Shown here in pieces: positions 40,860-51,415 of a DNA stretch of 64,000 nucleotides. The translations under genes were made by a program, and so were the position numbers. The stretch's first letter is position 1; the number at the start of each line of letters is the position of its first letter. This stretch comes from Camelus ferus (lineage: Eukaryota): assembly GCF_009834535.1 (NCBI RefSeq), contig NC_045696.1, positions 51,586,001 through 51,650,000 of the forward strand. The letters run 5' to 3'. The notes beneath the pieces were generated by a model. That model was not told the DNA's origin. It saw only the letters and a list, made by a program, of their open reading frames with translations, and did not search any database.

Positions 40860-42150
40860 TGGCCTCTTGCCTTCTCTCCACCCTTCACTACAGCCTGTTT
40901 CCTCTCATAGCCTCTAAGCTGGAGGAGGTCAGCCTTAGGGGCTACAGAATGGACTACTGTCTGGTGCAGAGCCTCAAACCCAGAAGTCTTTTCCTAGGCC
41001 TTGCCCCTTTGGCCCTGATGACCACTTTACTCTGGAAACTCTCCTCCTTTTCATCGGGACACTGCATCATCCTGACTTCACTCCTGCTCTCAGTTCTCTC
41101 TTCCACCTCCTCCCTGGCCTGCCTTCCTTCTCCTGTTCCTTACCCGCAGACATTCCTCAAGATTCTCTCCTCAAGCTTTGCCCACACACCCACCCTCTGT
41201 GGCCTCCATAATCTCTTCCCCGTAGAGAACACCCACATGGCTATCTTTAGTGCTGGCTGGTCTTCAGAGCTCCAGACCCGTATTCTAAATGACTATCGGG
41301 TTACTGATTCATTTGTTCATTCATTCATTCATTCATTGTTTACATAGACTCTACTAGGCACCTAGAAAAGATGAAGAAGATGGGGCTTTGACCTTTGAGA
41401 AGCTCACATCTCCATCAAATACCGCATAGGCACTTCTAGTTCAGAAAGTTTAAAACAGAATTCATTGCCCTCCCCTCAGAACAGGTTACTTCTCCAGCCT
41501 TCCCATTTCCTGCTGTGGGCACCATCTTCACCTAGTTACTTGCGCCTACAACTGAGAAGTCTTCATTCACTCCTCTTTTTCTTTCAGTTCCCATCCCCCA
41601 ATCAGCTGCCAAGTCCTGTAGTTTGTTCTCAGGCCATGAATTCAATACTCACTTTTTATCCCAACACCTATTTATTCCTTCTGTGAATGCCTCCTTCACT
41701 TCAGCTTCACCTCCTCCAGATCCTCCTTACCACCTAGTCCACCCTTCATACCTATGTTACCTTTACTTTCCTAGAGCACCGTCCTAAACACTCCTACAAT
41801 ATAGCCCCAATCTAAGTTCCTACTATTGTTTTCTACAGTTCATTCTACACTGCAGAAGTTCCACTCTTGCCCACCATATTCATGGTGTTTCCTCCCCTTT
41901 CCCAATGTCTACACATAGCTTCCTTAAAGGCCATCCAAATATCACCTGATTTATGAGACATTTTCCAAAAGAAAGTGCCCTTCTCGAATCCTTAAGCATT
42001 TTTTGCCCCACTCCCTTTGCATGTCCTATAGACTCTGGTAATTATTTGTGTAATTTGTCTCCCCCATAAGCTTCTTGAAGGCACAGGCCATTTTCATAGT
42101 GTGCAATGCCCTGCATATAGGTTAGTGCTCAGCTGATGTCTGCTGATCTG
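40860..42150 (+). mobile_element. LINE-2 degraded segment, with an opposite-orientation L2 tail at about 41305-41415
   Basis: ctggaaactctcctcc..tcagagctccagacccgtattc..aaaacagaattcattg..ccccaatcagctgccaagtcctg..taagcttcttgaaggca. Nested (ttca)n tail with ctaggcac..gagaagctcacatc. Confidence 0.65.
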
Positions 42151-42169
42151 AATTTAAAAAGAATAAAGA

Positions 42170-42335
42170 GGGGAGGGTATAGCTCAGTGGTAGAGTGAAT
42201 GTTTAGTATGTACAAGGTCCTGGGTTCAATCCTCAGTACCTCCATTAAATAAATAATAATAGAATAAAATAAATAAACCTAATTATCTCCCTCCCCCCCA
42301 AAATAATACAATTAAAAAAGAATTTAAAAAAATGA
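42170..42335 (+). mobile_element. tRNA-derived SINE resembling camelid Vic-1
   Basis: ggggagggtaTAGCTCAGTGGtagagtg (A box 42180-42190), GGTTCAATCC (B box 42223-42232), then tccattaaataaataa..aaataaacctaattatctccctcccccc and an A-rich tail. Imperfect flanking aaaagaataa / aaaaggaataa may be a target-site duplication. Confidence 0.8.
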
Positions 42336-44384
42336 AAAGGAATAAGCTGAGAACTGAGCTTGAACTGGCAAGACCTTAAAGCTCATCTTTGCCAACCCCT
42401 CATTTTTCAGATGAGGAGATCAAGGGAACTGACTTGCTCAAGGCTACATCCTTACCTGAGCAATGACAACTGATATAAAAAGTCACAGATCTCTAAATAT
42501 CTACGAGTACCAATAGGCCCAGCAGATCATCAGCAGTGACTAGACCAGAGAGAGAAAGCGGTAAGGTGCAGAGACTGCAGGGATATACCGGGTTCCAAAA
42601 AATTAAGAACTTTGTTTCACTTATTCATTTCAATAAACCAAACTAATAAATATCTTTTTATAGTTAAATATTTAAAAAATGAGGATGGATTTAGAGAACA
42701 AGGAAGCAAACCTGTGTAACATTACCAGCAGAAACAATTGGGCCAATATTGCAAATACCACTAGGATGATCAACTAAGTGTGAAAAACCAGAAAGCAGAA
42801 ATTTCTCATGCTTTGGAAAAGCCATGGGTTCAGCTGAAGTCCTTGGTGAGAACGGGCTGTGGTGATTCTACAGTTAAATTCATTGTCTTAGAGAAACACC
42901 GGGTGTTGGAAATCTTGCCGTTTCGCCACACTGACAGTTCTTTTTTCACCTAGCTTTGCCCAGTATTTGTCCCCTAAGTATGTTTACATTTTTACTTATT
43001 TTTCTTTCATCATATCATACCCTACTTGTAGAAAGGGCTAGATGACTGCTCCCAGGTCTGTCCCAATTTTTGTCCCTTGGTAGAAGAAACATTAATTGTT
43101 TAATCTCTTCTCTATCCTCATCCTCACATAGAATCCTTTTCTCTCACCCAAAGATGTGAAGCCCAACAAAACGTGTCGTGGGGATAACAGTGTTTACCCT
43201 GGGGAGGAAATAGACTTTCCCAGGGGATCTCAGGATTTTTACTTGGCCAGAAAAGCTCAGCTCTGAAATGCCAGCCTCCGGTACTACAAGACTTCACCTG
43301 CCTTTCCTAGGGTGAGAATGTTACTCTTTGTTACTCTGCAGAAGAAAGCGTTGGTCCTATGCATCACATTCTCTTTGGCCAATACGGCGGAGCACGCTAT
43401 ATTGAGATACCCGTTAAATAGCCACACTCTGCTAGCCACGTAAACAGCAAACTGGGCTCAAAAATTCTTCATAGTTCGTACTAAACCACCACATGGCTGG
43501 ACAGGTTATTAACACTTCACCAGAGAGAGCTTCCTTCTCTTTTCTTCCCTTGGCAACTACATTAAAATGATAAAGGAAAATCACTGGTTGATGTGTCTAG
43601 TATGTTGCAGCGAAAAATCAGCTGGATGTATACAAATCCACTGTGTAATTACGTAAGTGTACATTTTAAATATGCCTAACGTTTGATTTAAATTGTGCAT
43701 TTTATAATTAAATGGAGACATAATCTTTCCATCCTTTAATCAAACTCCTCTTTCTCAGCTCCACATCCTCCTGCTATGATTTTCTTTCATTTTTGGGCAA
43801 ACTGTCACCTGTCCCCTTCTCATTTCCCCTTCTGCCTTAGTACACACCCGAGGGCGTGTTAATCAGAACCACTGCATGGAGGGTCATGTTTTATTGCTTA
43901 AAGAGTAGTTATACTCTAAAAAAGACTCAGTGAAAGTGACTTCACAAGGTTTCAGGTTTACTCTTTTTCAGTGGCTTCCACATCCAGTGTGCTCCGGTTT
44001 TAAGTCAAAAGGTAATTTCAAGAGGCGGCAGGGGCCACACATTCTGCCCAGAATCTGGAAACCCAGCTGTTCTCTCTGCCTCTTACATCATCAGTGTTAG
44101 AAAGAATCTGCTCTGGGAGCCCGGCTGGCAAGGTTCTTGATGGTGTCAGAGGCAGCGGAGACAGTGGGCCATTTCCATTCCAGACTGCTGGATTGTTGAC
44201 GGCTCTGCAGATCCGCCTTGGAAGCCCTTGGAGAGGAGAGCTGTTATGTAACACACTGCCACATATCACTGTCAGGAACTTTCTGGGGAGGCCTCATTTC
44301 AACTGGCCTCTCCCATTCTTTGGCGATCACACAAATCATTCTAAAATGACAGATGGAGCCTGCATGATTAAAGCTTACAGAAAA

Positions 44385-44640
44385 GGTAACAGTAACACTA
44401 ATTTGTTAGATGTCTAAATTTTGTTAGGGACGGCATGAGGAATTTTTCTGTGTAAATGCATTCTTATTTAATCTTATTTAATCCTGTCGTGCTGTAGGTG
44501 TTAGTACAGCCATTTTACAGATGAGGAAAAGTGAGACTCGAGAGCTCAGTGAACATCTCCAAGATTAGAAAGCTGTGGGTGGTGAGGCCAGAATTCAAAC
44601 CCAGGTCTCTCTGACTCTAAATCTATGCCTTTTGAAACTC
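44385..44640 (-). mobile_element. MIR SINE
   Basis: cttatttaatcct..gtaggtgtt..ccattttacagatgaggaaaagtgagac..gccagaattcaaacccaggtctctctgactctaaa. Confidence 0.85.
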
Positions 44641-44849
44641 TACAACAACTGCTCCGACACAGCACAGACACATTTCTGGTTCCCACCGTGATCTCAGCAC
44701 AAGAAAGATGCTTATGGTATTTCCATTGACAGTTCAGAGTCACTGAAAGAACTGGCAGCACAGACCTCACATGAAGGAACTCTCAGAAATGATCAATAAG
44801 TCCTTCCAACTCCTTTCTATTTGAAGACGAGAACGTCTTATACTGGTCT

Positions 44850-44985
44850 TTTCAAACTAATGAACAGATGAATCACCTGGGATTTCTGATTCTGCATGTC
44901 TGGGGATGGAGTCTGTGACTCTGCATTTCCAATGAGCTCCCAGGTGATGCTGATGACACTGGTCTGGGTACCACTGGTCTTATGC
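44850..44985. mobile_element. MER5A-like hAT-Charlie remnant
   Basis: gaatcacctggg..ttctgattc..gtctggggatgg..ctctgcatttccaatgagctcccaggtgatgctgatg..ctggtctgg..accact. Confidence 0.75.
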
Positions 44986-45619
44986 CTGACACTCACCTTT
45001 CTACTGAGGGTTGTTTTCAAATGAGCAGTTCAAGCTGAATAACTTGGCTAACAGCTCACACGGCACTACTGGCTTCTGATTCTGGGCCAGTTTGTCAGGT
45101 CACGAGGCATTAGACAGAATTCAAGGAGTTTCTGGCATACAGCACATTAAGAAAAAAAAAAAATTCCTTTTTAGATTCCCCAGGGCTTTCCTCTCCCCCA
45201 CTGGAAATTAAAATGATAATGTCTTAAACATGTAAAGGTCCTATTTTTTACGTTATTGTTATTTTTAACAATAATTATCTGGTAATAATTCAAATAACAC
45301 CTTTCCTCTGAGAAATTCAATGAGCTTTACTAACCTTAATTGTCTAACAGCAATTCCCAGGTGTAGACAAAGCTGTCTCAAAGATCACAGTAAATTTAAA
45401 ATTGTTCCACTTCCCTCCTTTCTTCGCCCCAAATGTAGTGATGTATTAGTGGTGAGGGGTTACTAATTGGCAAAGACCCACTAGCTCATAATTTGCGGCA
45501 CAGGAAATTCCATAAAGCAAGAGTAAATCCAAGAAATAATCAGCAGAGAGGTGTTGTAGGGGCACAGAGACAGTTAAAAGGAGTGAGAGTTAAAAAAGAG
45601 AGTAAAATCATAGAACTAG

Positions 45620-45730
45620 CAGGGTGACCTTGGATGAGTCATATAACCTCTAGGTGGCTCAGCTTTTTCATCTGTAAGAAAAGGAGGTGGATTTTATGAT
45701 TTTAAAGGTCCCTTAAAATTCTAATAGTCC
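45620..45730 (+). mobile_element. MIR fragment
   Basis: gggtgaccttggatgagtcatataacctct..ctcagctttttcatctgtaa..atgattttaaaggtccctt. Confidence 0.7.
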
Positions 45731-46699
45731 CTTGAGAAGAAAGATGTGGGAATTAAGTAGCTCATCAACCTGTTAAGCCATTAAAACTGTTAAAGAAATC
45801 TGTTTGACTTTTAACTTTTTAACAAATTACCTGAAACGAATTCCCAAGTCTACATCACCAATCCCCTCTCTCTGGAAACTGCTAAGAATACCACTTAACG
45901 AATAGGGCACCAAAGGCACCAAAGGCACCATGGCCAGAAAAACGAAGCAGGAACCCCACCTGCAGCTTTCTGATGCTGTAAGAAAAGTTTTACTTTAAAC
46001 AATTTTAGCCCCTTAATTAACCACTAGTTAATACCCACGTCCAGAAGAAATATCTCTGATGGCTTAAGGACCCCTGGAATAGGGCTGCCAATAGAGGGTC
46101 CCAATGTTTTGTCACTTTAAATCTGCGTTAATTGTCTCCACAGAGACCTTGATTCCTCTTTGACAATTCACAAACTCTGTTAGTAAGAGCTGCATGCCCC
46201 GGGAGCCTCAGTTCTGTCAGGTAAAGTTGATTTTTGTTTTCAAAATAAGAGATCTTTGGGATCAGGTGAGATACAAGTATATCTCTCAGTGCAAACATAC
46301 ATATGCATGTATGCATGCACATACATATGACAATAATTTTTCTGTTTTTAGTGAATACCTGGTGATGAAACCCCTTCTGTAAGTCATTGAATACCAGAAT
46401 CTCTGGGTCCAGAAAGCCTCCACAGGTCCTGGTTATCAGGTCATTTAAAACTCTGTAATAAGGATTCCAACATGAAGATGATTTACGGTGCAGCCTGTTA
46501 TTTGGTGTTATATCAGAGTTATCCATACCTTGCCCCTTGCCCTGAGTATGCTTTTTGGACTAATCATTACAGTTTGTGGCTAAACGGAGAAACAGGTACT
46601 GAGAAACATCGCAATGGCGTCACGCGGAAGAACACAGTGTCACTGTCTCCAAAATGAAAGTCACCTCCTCTTTCCTGCTCCCATCACCTCCACAGTAGT

Positions 46700-46925
46700 T
46701 TGGCTACTGCTGCTTAAATGCTTACCATGTGGCTAGTATCGTGCTTGGCATTTTTCATACATTATTTATTTCTCTCTTATACTCATTCTTTGGATTTTAT
46801 AGGTGAGGAAACTGATGTTCAGGAAAGGTAAAGGTTTTCTGCCACAGACCACAAAGTGGGAGGGCGGCACAGCAGGGCTCCAGGGCCAGGTTTTAGCCGC
46901 AGGGCTCCAGGGCTTAACCTACACC
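46700..46925 (-). mobile_element. MIR SINE
   Basis: aatgcttaccatgtgg..gtgcttggcatttttcatacattattt..attttataggtgaggaaactgatgttcagg..aggtaaag. Confidence 0.7.
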
Positions 46926-46999
46926 CAGCTTGTGATCTCTGAACCACCGATCCTGCCTTCATTCCACTCCTGCTCATCTGAGGTCTTCACCACAGGCTT

Positions 47000-47830
47000 A
47001 TTGCAGTATATTCTCCATCATGGTCCTCTAATGCCTTCTCAAATCTGTTTTTAACCTTTCCCCAAACCTTCTATACTTCATTTACGTTTTCCCTTCCTAC
47101 TTTGTTCAATCCAAAAACCCATTACCATTTGTTTCAACAGGTCTTTATCATCATCTTTTCCGGCTATTTCTTAGCCCTCATCCTCATTCTAAACTCGTCT
47201 TCTGTGGTCTTACGTTGACCTCAAGTGTTCCAGCCCCAGCTTGAGAACTCCCCTTCCTCAATGCCTAAGGAATCTACTCTTTTCACCTGGTCCTTCCTGC
47301 TGGCTTCACCGGAAATCTTTGTCCAGTCCGACCTTATCCCAGGGTCAACCATTGCAACACTGTTCTCAGCAACTCTCCAGATTTCCCTGCTCCCCTGAAC
47401 TTCTAGGTACAGAGCCTCTTCTTAATGTTATACAATCACGAATCCATATTACCACTCACCACTCCCTCCCACTCTTGGTACAAAACCTTACACATGCACA
47501 CCATCTGGACATCACTCCTGCTCAATGTCGTTTGTAAGTACAAGCCTACAGTAGATTTTCTTCCTATGTTCTACTTTGTCAAGTGCCATTCTTCATTCTC
47601 TTTTTCAGTTGATGGCCTTGCCTCCTATATCAGCAAGAGGATCTAGACCATCCAGCGCAAGCTCACTAGCTCTCACCTCCTTTTCCAATATCTCTGAATT
47701 TTTCTCATTTTGTTTCCTCGAGATATAGCTATACATTTTTCTACATTCTCTCCCTATCCTGGAGGTTATCCTCTCTACATTTGATCTTTATTCTTCCCTT
47801 TGGTTCCATCAGTGATGCCTTCTTTTCTGT
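47000..47830 (+). mobile_element. Probable LINE-2 internal segment, very diverged
   Basis: Long C/T-rich stretch with L2-like motifs (cttgagaactcccc, ttcagttgatggccttgcctcctat..agaccatccag..gctc). Confidence 0.4.
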
Positions 47831-48334
47831 ACTTGATGACATATCCATTCATAACAGTACTAAATTAATCACCACAGTATACTGTTTTGCCCCATCCTCA
47901 TTCCTGCCCTTCAACATCTTTCTCAGAGTGAATTTTATAGAACACTGGAACTTCAGGATGAACCTTCAAGAAAGATCCTTGGTCAAGCAAACACAAGAAA
48001 CACGGAATACTATACGGCTCTCTTACAAACTTCGAATACACATAAGGATATTAAAGGTGCTAAGGACCCCAGCAATGACCAGACTTACTGGATTACAGAA
48101 CCATCTTCACTCCCCGGCCTTTCTAATGGCGCATTTATCAACGTTAGAATATACTCAGAGAAAAGATGCCTTAATGGATTTCCCCTGGATCCCAACTTTT
48201 TAGCCTGGGTATGTTAGTTCACTGAATCTATATCAAATTAGCCCTCTCAGATTTCCTTCCTATCAATATTCCATTTGGTCTAAAACTAGTTAACTTACAG
48301 GGTGTCAGAAAGACTAAGCGCACTCACATTTCTG

Positions 48335-48640
48335 AGTCCTGAACACACCATTCTGGCTGCCTGGAAGGCCCCTCTGACCTTTATCTTGTCTAGGGCTTTC
48401 CCTTCTTCCAAGGCACATATCAGATCACGTATCTCTTATGAAACTTTTCCTTGTGAAAACAGCCTCAGCCCATGTTGACCTCTGCTGCTCACTTAGCACA
48501 TAGATAAATGGCTATAGTTAACCCCTGTTTCCTCTGTCACTGGAAAGAATGCAAATTCTCAGGGCATGGACCTTGTTTTATACATTACAGGAACTCCAGC
48601 ACCTGAGGCTGCCTTTTGTGCAATAGTAGGGGGTTATAAC
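48335..48640 (+). mobile_element. LINE-2 3' region
   Basis: ctgcctggaaggcccct..cccttcttccaagg..atgaaactttt..agaatgcaaattctcagggcatggaccttg..ccagcacct..aatagtagg. Confidence 0.55.
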
Positions 48641-50374
48641 CATGCTAATGGTGGCCATGGACAGAAATAGTGGACATTGGGACATGTTAGATCAAAACTT
48701 GATTTCTGTGGCTGCGGGGACAGTTTAGTGTGCTAAAAGCCCAGGTGAATGCACCACCACCTTGCAGGGAGGAAACACCACCCGCCATCGCCAGCATCAC
48801 CTCCACAAATGCCAACATGTATGCTTTAGGGAGATGAAGACCAGATCTCGAAGAGCAAAGGCAGCTCTGTTCTTCAGTGAAAATCAGACTTTGCATGAGT
48901 TGACAGCAAACCGAGAGAAGGCTGAAATAATCTAGGACCATCAGAGGACCCGTGAAAGAAACCAGCGCCTCCCTACCAATGGTGAAACCACCATTCATGA
49001 GCATTAAACCACCGCACCTGGATGAAAAAGAAAAGCCTCCTACTACGTAAGGAAGTCAGTCTCGTGCGAGGATCCACCGCTTAGCACCGAGCCTGGGACC
49101 CAGGGTACAGTGCAGAATGTCGAAGGACAGCACGTGCTCCTGTCTCCCAGGCATCTTCCAGCCTCGACCTCTGGGGGTCGCGTTGAAGAAGTCAAGACAG
49201 CTTGGCTGCCCCTAGCACAACATGTAACCCCCAAACAACGAATCCATCCTTCCCATAAAGTTCTTTTGCTGCCACGTCACACAGACCACCGAGCAGACTC
49301 TACGTCTCAGGCGAGTGCGCAGTAACCCGATATTAAGGGGCTTTGAGTTTTCCAGATTAGATGTTATCTGAAGTTAGAACTTAATGGATTCCCTAACAGT
49401 GAGTTTGCAGGGACGGCTAGGATGAGAAATTTGCTCTCTTGAGGTCTAGTCAGGGAGTTTTATTATGAGAGAAACAGAGTATAGCTTTCTTCTTTAAAAC
49501 CACAGCAACATGTGATTTTCATGCTTTGGCAGAGGAGAAAATGCACTTCGTTAAAGTACAGTTTGTGAAGTATTTTGCTGCCTTCCAGGAGACAAAGTGG
49601 CACACAAACGAAAGATTTAATTAAAAACTATTTATATATGAGAGTGTTCACTTAGGCTTACTTCAAAATAGGTATGGATTGTATTATATAATATATGAAA
49701 ATATTTGGTAAAAATGCTATAATAGAAAACTCCACATTGGTCTTTAGTTAAAATTCGTAACAATGTATTAGAGTATTTATTACTAGTTGTAGTCAACAGT
49801 AATTTTTAAAACAGGAATTTTTATTGTGGGAGATTTCTGGGTGGATGAAGCTAAATGGCTTTGATATTTTTCTGTCATACCCACTGTTTAGAGTTGCCTT
49901 TCTGTACAATTTACACATTTGAGAGTGAATGGTGGCCTGTCTTTTGAATGTGTCCAGGTCACTGGGTCAAGGCTGTTGTTTTCTGAGAGCTATGGGCAGT
50001 TTCTGCAATAAAGTATCTTAGTGTCTTCTTTTTGTTGTAAAACATAGACAGTTTCACGTTCTAGATGAAGTCTGAGATCTTGGCATCTCTCTCCTGGACA
50101 TCATATGTGGCGAAGACAGGGGGGTACTATTGGCAATCTCTGCATTGGTTTAGATACATCAAAGTTATGAGGTACCTTCATGGACACCCTTTAAAAGTGA
50201 GTTCTCTCCATCATGAGTTACACATGAGAAAACTGGGGTGGGGGAGGGAAGTTTAAGCTGCCCAGCCAATGAGCAGTACAGCTTAATCTAAAAATCAAGG
50301 TTTTCAGTAGAAAATTCTTTTTTATCCCCTCAAATGCCATGACTGCTAACAAGCTCTGAAGCAAATCCGAGAAG

Positions 50375-50640
50375 CAGAGCACCAGATGGGGAATCAGAAG
50401 GACCATCCTGACTTCTCAGCTCTGATAAGTACTAGTTGCGTGACCATGGTCAAGTCACTAACTTTTCTGAATCTTGTAGAACCACAGACAAGGAATCAAT
50501 GGATGACATAATTACCACCCCACTGTAAAACCTCTTACCCGTAAGAGGGTATGGATTAAGAATGTGTGCTTGGCTTGTCTCACGAAGTTGTGAGGCTGAG
50601 ATAGGTTGACGTGTGTGGAAGTGCTTTGCGTTCTGATTCG
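50375..50640 (+). mobile_element. MIR SINE (interrupted)
   Basis: agagcaccagatggggaatcagaaggacc..ctcagctctg..ctagttgcgtgaccatggtcaagtcactaacttttctga..ctcacgaagttgtgagg..gtgtggaagtgctttg. Confidence 0.7.
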
Positions 50641-51367
50641 AAGTATCGAAATCAACGTAGTCTCAAAGAATGGCTACTGGAGGAATTAGGAAAGGGCCTC
50701 TGTGTGTGTCCACACACACAGCCAGTCCACTTCCATCCAGGTTTGGGGAGAAGCTGTAATAAAGCACCTGCACCAGTTTAAATCCCACCCGGTCCTCTCC
50801 TCTTCCAGCTGTGCTGCAGAGCACCACGGAAGCAACGTCACTCGGGTGGGTGAGCCAAACTCTCAAGCTCCAACTTTTCTCAGTAGGAGTCACAGAGGAT
50901 TCTGAGCCACAGGCAAGGTGACAATCACTGTTCCTCCAGGTGTGTCTGAAACACTGGGGAGACCCCAGGGAGGGGTGTACAGGAAGCTGGGGAGGGAGGC
51001 CAGACATCACTGCTCCTGAGGCCCGCTCTCCTCTGCGCACAGCTCCAGCTGACATGATTTCACCTGGCAGCCCCGGGAGACTGAAAAGACCCAGAAAGAG
51101 CAGGAGCCTCCTCTCCTGATAACCTAAGTGCTCTGATGGAAAGGCAGAGGATATCAGCAGAATGGCCTGTACCGAGTCGGCATTGATTTCTCCAGCCTTT
51201 GTCTGCGTCTGGTTTCTGTCTCGTTTGGAGGTGGTTACTGTTACTACAAGCAGCATGAATCATGTCTCTGTTAAAAAACAGAGCTTCAATTGTCTTACAT
51301 AACCCCTGGTAACTGAACGTCTAATAATAGCAAGCCATTTACAGGTAGGGAGTCTGTCTTCCTCCCA

Positions 51368-51368
<1 letters not shown>

Positions 51369-51412
<44 letters not shown>
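51369..51412 (+). repeat. (AC)22 perfect microsatellite
   Basis: Direct reading. Confidence 0.95.

Positions 51413-51415
<3 letters not shown>

Noticed and set aside
40835..41347. 170-aa Leu/Ser-rich ORF
   Set aside because: It lies within a pyrimidine-rich L2 remnant and is a composition artefact.
42170..42245. tRNA-like sequence (A and B boxes)
   Set aside because: The acceptor and anticodon stems are degenerate, and it is followed by a SINE body and A-rich tail. It is a tRNA-derived SINE, not a tRNA gene.
47930..48180. Possible old hAT DNA-transposon fragment (also 25540-25910 and 53900-54120)
   Set aside because: The resemblance is too vague to assign without a Dfam search.
50663..51256. 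197-aa minus-strand ORF as a protein-coding gene
   Set aside because: No recognisable domain or coding-like composition. It is kept only as part of a weak alternative-exon hypothesis.
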